A DNA stretch of 64,000 bases. Source: Nymphaea colorata (Eukaryota). Below are positions 41,933 through 53,000 of the stretch, in pieces. The translations under genes were made by a program, and so were the position numbers. The notes beneath the pieces are model-generated. The model was given only the letters and a program-made list of their open reading frames with translations, searched no databases and had not been told where the DNA came from. The first letter of the stretch is position 1. The number at the start of each line of letters is the position of its first letter. The stretch spans positions 31,434,001 through 31,498,000 of the forward strand of contig NC_045138.2 in NCBI RefSeq assembly GCF_008831285.2, in the 5' to 3' direction.

Positions 41933-42185
41933 ACAGCACAGTCTGTGCCTCATTATTATTGCTGAAACAAAGCTTCAGCAGGTTTATCATGTTCACTGCT
42001 TTCTTCGTCAGTTTTCTTCAGTTTAGTCCCTTCTACAGGGCTTGTTGGGAATTCTTCTTAACTGGTCTCCTCCTTTGGAAGGGCATGTTGGTGGGTTTTT
42101 TACATTTTTACTCAGCTTTGCAGTTTTAGTATGCAGGGTCATGCCCTCATTAAAGTTATCTATGGTATGTGCTTTGGTGCCCTTA

Positions 42186-42879
42186 GAGGTTGTTTGATGG
42201 TCATAGGACACGCAGAACGGAACAACTTGTCCTATTTAATTGATTTTTTTATCAAACGTCATCCGCAGTACAAGACGGATAGGATAGATAATTGAACAGA
42301 GGGAATAAATTACCCCCTGTTCCACCTTGTTCCGAGCTAACCCTATGAACATAAGACCATCTCCCGCCCCCCGAGCTGCCCTCATGCGTCGAGCTTCTCT
42401 CCCCCTTCTCTCTTCCGAGTCTCCCCCGAGCTACCCTCGTGTGTGGAGCTTCTCTCCTTCTCCTCCGTCTCTCCCCTTTCTCTCTTCTGAGTCTTCCTTG
42501 AGCTGCCATTGCGTGTCGAGCTTCTCTCCTTCTCCTCGGTCTCTCCCCCTTCTCTCTTCTGAGTCTCCCACGAGCTGCCCTCGCGCGTCGAGCTTGTCTC
42601 TCTCTTTGTAGTAATTAATTTGTTTCTCTCTCTCTCTCATCTTTTTGCTATCCCAAAAGAATTTGTTTTGTTCCTAAAATCATCAAACGATGAACAAGAT
42701 GAATAAAATAGACAGAACAGACATGTGCAAAGCAAACATCAGACAAGAGGAGGAATGTAGTGTTTTGTTTTTAAAATTATCAACGGTAGACAAAGAATAT
42801 CATTGTCCATAAGGACAGATTAGTAGTGTGATAGACGTCATGTCTGTCATGTCCCAATGGACATCAATCAAATGACCTC
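42186..42879. mobile_element. PIF/Harbinger (Tourist-like) non-autonomous element containing a pyrimidine-rich minisatellite
   Basis: TIRs GAGGTTGTTTGAT / ATCAAATGACCTC; TTA on both flanks (42183-42185, 42880-42882); internal 56-72-bp units starting GAGCTRCC at ~42373, 42429, 42500, 42572. Confidence 0.72.
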
Positions 42880-42970
42880 TTAAGCTTCAATTCTTACGTG
42901 AACTTGATGAGGTCCCACTTTCCATGATCCTTGGTTGATTGCTGGTAACTTAAATTGTCTCTTCAATCCG

Positions 42971-43333
42971 ATGGATTCTTCTGACCAGGTCTCCATTATA
43001 CAAGAAAGTAATGGTAGCTTGGAACTCTGCACTTTCGTTCTCCACTCATGAGGCGGAGAACCAACTGTCATTGCTGAACAACCATCATGGTTTTGATGGC
43101 AGCCATCGAAACAGGAGCAATGGGATCACGAAGTCTGAAAGGGACATTGAATTTGAGCCCATCAATAGTGTGATAAGCTTCTTCTTCTTCCAATTTGGTG
43201 TTGAATCAAAGAAACTCTGGTATTTTGCTGGGCCTGCTATCTTCACATCACTGTGCCGGTATTCACTGGGAGCAATCACTCAGGTCTTCGTTGGACATGT
43301 TGGAACTCCCTCCAGCTAGCCGCCGTTTCCATT
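42971..43333 (+). pseudogene. Truncated MATE/DETOXIFICATION (DTX) transporter first exon
   Basis: ESKKLWYFAGPAIFTSLCRYSLGAITQVFVGHVGT, then frameshift, LQLAAVSI in another frame; matches the plant DTX N-terminus ESKKLW.LAGPAIFTS.CQYSLGA.TQ.F.GH.G.L.LAA.SI. ATG at 42971 is out of frame with this and no further MATE exons were seen. Confidence 0.88.
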
Positions 43334-43444
43334 GCAGAGTTTTAGATGCTGCTCTCAACAGCTTACAAGGACTAGAGAAGGAATTGGTGGTCACTGACTT
43401 GATGTTGCAGATAGACTCAAAGTTGTTCTTGAAATGAAGAAAAA

Positions 43445-43790
43445 CTATCACAAAAAACGTGTCTGAGTATTATACTTATAAGGTGAGTGAGGAATTTCTT
43501 AGATATAATACAGTAAAGTTGTATATCTTGAAAAAATCTCGGTGAATTTTAAAAAAATTTAAAACATTTAATAAATCCTAAAAATAAAAAAAATAAAAAT
43601 TAATAAAGAATACAAAAAATGGGAAAACATGTATAATACATGTATTATACACATATTATATTTATATCTCATATAATACTCATATTATACACGTATTGTA
43701 CCTGTTCTTTTTTGTGTTTTATTTTTTTGGCATTTTTGAAGACAATGCGTTTTTTGATGTTTTATACGGCTGACTTGTTTTCCATGATCT
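43445..43790 (+). mobile_element. AT-rich dispersed repeat (MITE-like), homologous to 27451-27740
   Basis: Same ordered blocks as 27451-27740. Confidence 0.55.
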
Positions 43791-44279
43791 GTTATGAGAC
43801 AAAGAAATCGTCATCAAGTTATTAAGGTATTTGGAAATGGAAAGAAAGGAACTTGGTCAATGCAAACTAAGGAGGATTTTAAATGTCAAAAGCCATATCT
43901 TGAATCTGGATATTTGCTCATATTTGCGTGGTGGATCCTTTGATCTGGAGCTCCACAATATAGCAGAACATTAGAAACATAGTTTCAAATGGATTTGTAC
44001 AAAGGCATCTTTGGTGTATGGATTGTGAAAATGAACCAGCCGTATTCTCAAGCTACAAATAAGTTCAACATTTTTTAAAGCTGCCATATTAATATGACTT
44101 CGAATCACCAAAAGGGGGAAACGAGTTCCAATTTCATGCTGATATTGATTTGATAATGATGCCAAAGATAACTGTGAGACAATTACTTCTGGGTTTAACA
44201 AATCTCACCGCCAATCATAGATACATGTACCAATTTGGCACAAGAAACCAAAGCTCCCACCTCTTCGTCTTACCTCCAG

Positions 44280-44707
44280 TAGGTATGTCAATATATTTGA
44301 TTTGAATCGGATATCTGACCGATTTGATCCGAAAAAATCAGATATGGAAAGAAATTTAATATCGGATTAAGAAATTGAATCGAATTCGGATTTTAATACA
44401 TGGCATCCGATCGAATTCAGATTCGGATATACATAAATATCTGATTAGATTTGGATATGAATTCGGATCGGGTTCATTTTTAGACAAATATCTTGTATCT
44501 AATGCTATTAAATTTTAAAAATTGGCAAAATCAAGTTCAAAATTTGGATTCGGATATAAATATAAAAATCAGATTCGGATCGGATTCGGATTGTAAAATC
44601 AGATTTCTGATTTGGATTCGGATATAACTTTTCTTTATTCAAATTCCAATCCAAATATGTGAATATTCGGATATGATTAATGATATATCCGATCCATTGA
44701 CATCCCT
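44280..44707. mobile_element. hAT-type MITE of the TAGGGATGTCAAT family
   Basis: Termini TAGGTATGTCAAT / ATTGACATCCCT(A); direct repeat ACCTCCAG at 44272-44279 and 44708-44715; dense TCGGAT/ATCCGA motifs. Isolated termini of the same family at ~19042, 29610, 31301, 37497, 38530. Confidence 0.85.
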
Positions 44708-45944
44708 ACCTCCAGGATCCTGAGGTTATAAATGGGGCTTGGATGCACCTTTACATCGGTGCTACAAAAAGCCTAAAAAAATAACGTCCATAGAAATCGA
44801 ACTAGCAATCAGATTTTCACTTGCCTATGAACCCGACCAGCAACGCCACCTACGAAACAATTACATGGAATTTTGAACAAAGAAAAAAGGGATACAAATG
44901 CCTTGTTGGTACAAATAAATTTTTATCAACTTTAAGAAAACATTAACAAGTTGAATTAATGATCTCCATGTTACCACAGGGCGCTTGCACTATGAGATTT
45001 TTTATCAATAATTCAAAGAGCCAAATTGGTATAACCATAACTGATATATGAATGTGCTATGATATTTTAGAATTGAAGGAGAGAAAGAGTCCTTGAAGCA
45101 CAAAAATATTATATCATAAGGATATGAATATTAATTTTAACCATTATTTTCTTCTTCGCCTACCCTTACTATGGACAGGTGAAGAACACATGGTCTTTTC
45201 TGGGATATTTGGATTTACTGGTTTACCTTGCTTTTGTTTTTCTATTGATTTTTATATATTTTTAATTTTTCCCAGTTCACAAACGATACAGTTGAATCGC
45301 ACTACAGCGCTGTTCGATACATTGTCGTGTTCTATTGTTGATACGCAAGACTTATTTTTCCGAATTATTTGTCATTTACCACCACGTGATCCTATAAGCC
45401 TCGTTTTCAAGTATACATACCGTCATTCAAACACTTGCCATTAATGTTCTGAAACATAAATAATAGGGTCAGAAACATTATCAAAATTGAATTTGTTGCC
45501 GAAAGGGCATGGTGATTAAAAAATAATTTATAGTATAATTCAAAAAAATTGAATTTTAAGTTTTCTTTCTTCATTGAGAAACAAAGAGTTGTGGCTCCTG
45601 ATCATCACCGAAGAAATCATGGTTAACTTATCCCTGTCTATCAAACGCAAGGCGTTCTCGCCAAAGAAGTCACGGTTACGTTTGTGACTTTCCTTTTTTT
45701 GGACAGCTGCGTTACTTTTCCAATTTTCTAACAAGCTCAAACGGCTACCTGCTTTTCATTCAAATAAAACGTTATTCCCGCTTGCCGCGGAAAGCAAGAA
45801 AGTCGCGGGTAAATCAAGAAAGCATCTCTCACCTCTCACCCTTTTCCTCCGAGAGAGAGAGAGAGAGTGAAGCAAGCAAAGGGTCTCGCACTCCGCACCT
45901 CCGATCGCCGCCGATGGCAGTAGTAGATATTCATCGCCGCCGAT

Positions 45945-46112
45945 GGCAACAAGGCTACTCTCTCCATTGGCAATGTCCACCACTCCGATCCATTCCCAAG
46001 AGAGCCGTATATGCAACATCGAGCACCATGTCGGCGACTATACTGTTTTCGCTCGAACCTCCAAGGACTACGCTATCGTCATCTCCTATAACCCCGACAC
46101 TGGAACCGCCAG
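45945..46112 (+). pseudogene. RPL8: Fragment of 60S ribosomal protein L8 (uL2) with two frameshifts, ending at a GT donor
   Basis: Across three frames: [11 protein letters not shown] / [10 protein letters not shown] / [35 protein letters not shown], versus plant RPL8 [49 protein letters not shown].R; followed by AG|GTATAT and T-rich intron-like DNA. Confidence 0.88.
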
Positions 46113-48113
46113 GTATATTTTATTTGTCGATTGAAATTCCTACGTCTTTTTGTTCGGTTTGTAGTATTGCTATTCCCTTTCTTTTTTGGTGATATTGGTT
46201 GCATACTGGTTGTTTTTCCTCACCTAATTAGCATGGTGGAAGGAATAAATTTATCCATCATTGATGCTTGTGATGGATCTGATCTAGGTTATTGAATGTG
46301 TGCTTCTGAGCGCAATGGAAATTTGGTGTAAATTAATGGAATCAGTTGGAGTGGGCGTGTTGGTGCATGGGAATTTTGACCTCGTTCATATTGGGTCTGT
46401 GGTTCGGGCGAGGGGCAGGCGTTGTATTTGTTAGGGTTTTGTAGTAATGTTTTGGTGAGTTCGGTTTTTCCAGCGATTTGAGGAGTTTTTATGTTTGGAC
46501 CTGAAGCAGATTCAGGGTGTTTCTCGGGGTTGTGTTTAGTTACGACGGAATTCTGCGTTTCTTGCTTATTTATTTGAGACTTGTTAGGATGTTAGGGAGT
46601 GATAGAATATCCTGCTTTTGTTTGTTTGTTGTTAAGATCAACTATCACCGTTTTGCAGCTCGTTAGCGTTGATATTGGTTTCGCGTACTTTAATGAAATA
46701 ATTTTTAAGTTTGCAAAATTTTGTGTCGATCAACTAATGGTGATTTCATGCTCGTCTTCAATGGCTTCTTTTTTGCAGTCTTAGTTGAAGAAATTAAAGT
46801 TTACAAATTTAAGATAGACAATGTCCCAGTTGCTTGAGTTGTAAGGTTTTTATGCTTGTTACATATGCGGCGTAAGCCCCTGACTGAGTTTTATCAACAG
46901 CTTTTGGTAATTGTAAATGATACTTGTTTTAAATAAGGCAACTGGGACATGATGGCAAATCTGCCTTTTGGTTTGCGAAAAAGATTTTTGTAGCTAATTA
47001 CCAAAATATTACTTTGTAGCTAATTTGATTGCAAAACAGATTTTTGTAGAGCGACATGATGGCAAATCTGCCTTTTGGTTTCCCTTTCTGGGCAGAGGAA
47101 GTGATGATGGTTCATGTTAGAATTATTGCATGCATTGGTTTTTAAACATAGAAAGCTCCAAAGTTCTAGGGTCATTCATATATGTTGTAATCTGGTGGTA
47201 GGGTACACATGGAGGCATTGACTGTGGTGTGTTTAGGCTGAAGCAGTAGCGAGCTGAGTGACCCTTAAAAATTGAAATTTAAAGTAACAGTGCCCCTTAG
47301 CCAAAAACTTCTTGCTCTGCTATGTTAGATTTTGAAATATGGGTTACATTTTTTTCAGCATCTGCATGGTTGTGGTTACTCTCTTTCTTATTGTCTGATT
47401 TGCTGCTACTTCTGGAGCTAGATGTGGCCTTTTTGTTCATATCTGGCTCTGGATGGAAATAGTTGGGTATAGTGTTCATTTTCATGTGTACTGACAAACT
47501 ATTCTGAGAAAAAAACCAAGAGGAGTGGTCCATAAATTGATCCTAATCATTGTCTCCATGTTATTGCAATTTTGCATCCATCATGGCCGCTGTTGCCAAT
47601 AAAAATATCTTCATTAAATTTAATGAAGTCGGACTGTATGTTCAAAGCAGTATAGTTCCCATCATGGTTTTAGGCAACATGTTTTCACTTTTCCGCATAA
47701 TTGAAGTATGGCAACATGTAGAACATGTTCTCCAATTAACTGTTCAATTGCTTCCAAAGTTTTTACAGGGGTGTAGGTCTTGATATGTCTGGGGCATTGA
47801 ACATTTTCATCAAGGAAGCAAAGACAAATGTACACACTCATGACTCATGTACCATTTCATGGTTATACACACTCCTTGTTTGATCTATTTAGGAGTCTCT
47901 GTGTAGAATTGAGCTTTTCTGGAGAGTAACTTCTTAGATAATTCTCTCTCTCGAGTAAGAGTTCACATGTCATGAAACATCTAGAACTCATCTGCTCTCA
48001 CATCTGAACAATATTAGGAAAAATGTTCTTTGTCAAATTCAGTATATGTTAGTTGCTCAGTTTGATTTAGTTCACACAAAAATAGTCGTTTAACCTTTTC
48101 CTACCGTGTGCAG

Positions 48114-48633
48114 GATGATTCATATCTTAAAAATTACATCAGTTGATTGGTACCATGGTATAAGATTGTAGGATGGCAAATTATGTGCTTGATTGAGAGA
48201 ACATGCTTTTAAAACATTTCATGTAGCTAGTAGTCAATGACTTGGCTTCTTTGCTTTTAAGGGCATTTTTAGATCATGCTTATTAGAAATTGAGTTCATC
48301 TTTTAGGTAACTTTTCAAATATATACTGATGTCTTGTCCTCTTGTTGATATTATGCAGTGGGATACTGTTGGGCAGGAAAACTTCAAGGCCATTTCCAGC
48401 AGCTACTACCATGGCACTCATGGTGTTATTGTAAGTTGGCTGCTTCCAGTTTATTAGTTCTTCTTAGTGCTATTTGCTAGGCTATGGTTAGGTTTAAGAA
48501 ATGCCACTTTGTTTGAGCTATGTTTCTCTTGTTTCAGCTGCTAGAATTGAAAAAATGTTGCCTTTCTCTTCTTTGGAAGGTAGTCTATGATGCTACTGAC
48601 TAGGAGGGCATTAACATTGCCAAACAACAGTTG
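48114..48633 (+). pseudogene. RabD (Rab1/YPT1-type) small GTPase pseudogene fragments with introns retained
   Basis: TGCAG|DDSYLKNYIS* from 48114 (cf. DDSYLESYISTIGVDF); exon 48359-48430 [24 protein letters not shown] bounded by CAG| and |GTAAGT (cf. [24 protein letters not shown]); exon from 48580 VVYDATD*EGINIAKQQL (cf. VVYDVTDQESFNNVKQWL). No P-loop exon or C-terminal exon seen. Confidence 0.88.
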
Positions 48634-48939
48634 GATAAACAAGGTTCAGCTATTCAAAGACCCAGCAATTTAACCGTTGTATAGTTGAAGCTTGTCTAGA
48701 TAGTGTGCGGTACTTGTGTGCACATTTGGGGCAAGTAATATGAATATATTCTCAAATGGTATGTGCCCATATGTGTTATATTTTGTGATGTATTTATTAT
48801 GATCAGCTGAAACTTATTGAAATTATTTTAAAACTAATTCCATTTTGTTTGTGCTTTTCTTGTGGTCTTAGTGAGCATCTCATTTCTTTCCGAAGGGCAA
48901 CTGGATAGATGCCACAGCAGACCATATTCTATCGGTATT

Positions 48940-50060
48940 TGTGAATCGACTATTTGTGTTTGATTTTTGAATTTGATTGTTTAATTGAGTGTTAATTTCT
49001 GATTTGACATGCTAGTAGCATTTGTTTTTGTTAGAGAACTCAGAATTTTTTATTTTTATGATCAGTTTTGAAGTGGTCGTGGAATTATAGCAGCTGCTAT
49101 ATGTTTCTAACAAAATTTTCACCAAATTAAAAAATTTTTAAATTATGAAACCACATCCAGAAATTCTTTTTTTTTTTTTTTTTTTCTTATCTGGAACTTC
49201 TTTGAAATCTGTAAAATGGAGACCAGTTTTCAGTTGGGCCTCTTAGGTTGGATTGTATGTTTGGAATTTACAATTTTCTGAATGCGCAAAGCAGTTTTGT
49301 TTTTCATTGACCTCGCATGGCAGTGGTGGAAGGGTTTATTGAGTTTAAAGTGCAAGGAGTGATTAGACTTATGGGGATAGGGTAGAATAGACTATATGTG
49401 TTTGATTATTGAATTTGATTGCTTAATTGGCTGTTTCTGTCATGCTAATATCATTTTTGTTGGAGAACCTAGAGTTTTATTTTTAGGATAATTTTTGAAG
49501 TAGTCTAGAAATTGTAGCTGTTGTTCTCTATTTCTAACAGAATTTTTACCAGATTTAAAATCATTTTAAAATATAAAACTGCCTTTGAAACTTCTGTTTT
49601 TCTATCTGTAACTACTTTGATATCTGTGAAATATTTGGTTGGGCCTCAAGTTGGAGTTGCAACATTATTTACTATGTCATCATTTTCTTGTTAGAAGTTA
49701 GAATCTTTCACATTTACTATGTCATCATTTTCTTGTTAGAAGTTAGAACCTTTCGCATTAACATCGCAGGGCACTCATGGAAAGGTATGTGTTGGTTTTA
49801 AATTGCTTTTCTTTTTGTTTGAATTCTTGAAGTTATTGAGCTTAAAGCGCAATGAAGGAGCCATTAGACAGGTGGGAATAGAGTATCATAGATATTTGTG
49901 TTTCATGTTTGAAATTGATTGCTTCTTTGTGTTTTTGTTGTGCTAATAGCTTTATTTGGATAATTTAGATTTTTTTCTAATTTTTAGGATCATTTTTTAA
50001 GTATCCTAGGAATTGTATCCGTTGTTCATTTTCAACACATTAAAAATTGTTTAAAATATA
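48940..50060 (+). repeat. Three strongly diverged tandem copies of a ~440-500-bp AT-rich unit
   Basis: Recurring block TGTGTTT..TTGAAWTTGATTG..TTTTTAKGATMA..GAATTRTA at ~48950, ~49390 and ~49890; also a 45-bp tandem duplication at 49667-49756. Confidence 0.7.
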
Positions 50061-53000
50061 AAACTTTGTACCCTCAAAATTTCAAAATTTTTGACTTGTA
50101 GATTGGAAATTATAGAATTCTTATTAGAGTTTGTTCTGCTACTCGGTTGCACAAACTTAAAATTTCTAAAATTTACCTGATGGTGCCCAAATTTTACATT
50201 TATGTGTAGAACAACTTTTTTCTTTTTTTGAAAGCTTGTTTTGTCTAATTTCTATCATTAGTTTTTGTTTGATGCATGCTTTCTGTAGCAATTCTACGAA
50301 AACATTGGAATTGTTGTAGACCTGTTTGCATCATTGTCTACAAAGCAGTCTCCCTTATGTCTTTGCTTGAATTTTGTGTGAATCATGTGCTCTTAGCCTA
50401 GAATTTAGCTAGTTGTAGGCAGGTGGCATCATGTGTGTGTATCATTATCTAGCGTCTTTATAAAGTGCATGAAAGGGAGGAGATGACTGTGTGGAGAAAC
50501 TAGAGAACTGTTGAGGATCTTGAAGCATTCTCTCGGAAGCATTGTGGAACAAAACCAATGGTTAACAAAGGTTTTGAGAGGCAATGACGATGCCCATGTT
50601 GGACTTCTTAGGTGGTATTTTGTGTTTATCTCTTGTATTAGGTAAACCATGTAGGAGCTGCTCAACATGAAAGCAAGTCATCTGTTATACAACTACAACC
50701 ATCCTTTTTTTGTGGAGATAGTAAAGAAGGCCCTTATTGTCAGTTTAATGAATTTCTTGAAATGCCAACTACCAGCGGGAAGTGCAATAATTTGTGGATC
50801 ATATAAGACCATTGATCCGGGCCCACTACCAGTTTCAAATCCAACAATTTTTGGATCAGACAAGACCACTGATCAAGACCCCTACCTGATTCCATTCCAA
50901 CGAATTTCTAGATCAAATAAGACCACTGATCGAGGTGCAATCCAAGATCCAAGTCCAACAATTTTCGAATCAGTTAAGACCATTGATCTAGTGTTGCTTA
51001 TGTTTTTGCTTATATTATGGGGAATTGGCCTGAGATTTCTTTAGTTTTAGGTTGTTTTTAGGATTTTGAAGTAGGTAGGTTTCATCATGCGTTTGCATCA
51101 TTATCTGCTTTTTTGTGAACTGCATGAAAGGGAGGAGATGACCGAAGGAGGAATTAGAAAACTGTTGGAGGATCCTAAATCCTCATCTTAGAAGTGGTGT
51201 GGAACAAAACCATTGGTTAACGAAGGAAATGATCATGTGATAAGCAATCACGATGCCTATGTTAGATATCTTAGGTGGTATTTTGTGCTTACATGACTCC
51301 TGCATTAGGAAACCCGTGTAAGAGCCGCTTAACATGAAATCAAGTCATCAGTTGTACAACTACAACGATTCTTTTTTTGTTGACATAGTCCAGAAGTCAT
51401 TTACTGTCATTTTGATGAATTTCTTGAAATAACCAAATGCAAATCCAACAATTTTAGGATCAGGTAAGACCGCTAATCTAAGCCCACTATCTGCGGCAAA
51501 TGCAACAATTTCCGGATCATATAAGGCCATTGATCCGGGTGACTACTCTTTTCAAATCCGACAATTTTCGGATCAGATAAGACCTCTGATCTAGAACCCA
51601 TACCCGATCCTATTCCAACAATTTCTAGATCAGATAAGATCACTGATCGAGGCCCATACCAAGATCCAAGTCCAACAATTGTCGGATCAGATAAGACCAT
51701 TGATCTACACCCGTTTTGACATCCAAGTCCAAAAATTTTCTTGATTGTTGTGCAAAGCTTACCTTTTTGTGCAAGAGCAACTTTTTTCATAGGTTTGTCG
51801 CGTTGGAAGCCTGTTTGGTCTACTTTCTCTTTAATCAATGCTTTCTGTAGCAATTCTATGAAAACATTTGAACGCTTGTGGGCCTGTTTGCGTCATTTTC
51901 TACAATGCAGTCTCACTTGTGTTTTTGCTTAAATTTTGTGTGAATCATGTGTTGTTAGCCTGAGTTTTAGCTAGTTTTAGGTTGTTTAAGTAGGTAGGTG
52001 GCATCGTGCGGGTGCATCATTATCTGGTGTCTTTGTGAAGTGCATGAAAGGGAGGAGATGACTGCACAGAGAAACGAGAGAATGGTCGGAGGATCTTAAA
52101 GCCTTCTCTTAGAAGCGTTGTGGAACACAACCAATGGTTAACAAAGGTTTTGAGAGGCAATGACGATGTCCATGTTGGACTTTTTAGGTGGTATTTTGTG
52201 CTTATGTGACTCTTGCATTAGGTAGGCCATGTAGGAGCTGCTCAACATCAAAACAAGTCATCAGTTATACAAATACAACCGTCCTTTTTTCGTCAAGAAG
52301 GCCCTTAATGTCATTTTGATGAATTTCTTGAAATAACCAAATACAAATCGAAGAGTTTCAGGAACATATAAGACCACTGATCCAAGCCCACTACCAGCGG
52401 CAAGTGCCATAATTTGCGGATCATATAAGACCATTGATCCCGGCCCACTACTAGTTTCAAATACAACAATTTTCGGATCAGATAAGACCACTGATCTAGA
52501 CCCCCTACCCGATCTCATTCGAACAAATTCTAGATCAGATAAGACCACTGATCGAGGCGCATACCAAGATCCAAGTCCAACAATTTTCAGATCAGTTAAG
52601 ACCATTGATCTAGTGTCGCTTATGTTTATGCTTATATTCTGGGGAATTGGCATGAGATTTATCTAGTTTCACGTTGTTTTTAGGTTTTTGAAGTAGGTAG
52701 GTCTCATCGTGCGTTTGCATCATTATCTGACTTTTTTGTGAATTGCATGAAAGGGAGGAGATGACCGGAAGGTGGAATTATAAAACTGTTGGAGGATCTT
52801 GAATCCTCATCTTAGAAGCAGTGTGAAACAAAACCATTGGTTAACGAAGGAAATGATCATGTGATAAGCAATCACGATGCCCATGTTAGATATCTTAGGT
52901 GGTATTTTGTGCTTCCGTGACTCCTGCATTAGGAAACCTGTGTAGGAGCTGCTCAACATGCAATCAAGTAATCAGTTATACTACTACAACAATTCCTTTC

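Noticed and set aside
45782..46192. 136-aa ORF as a novel gene
   Set aside because: Non-ATG start; only [10 protein letters not shown] is meaningful, and it belongs to the frameshifted RPL8 fragment.
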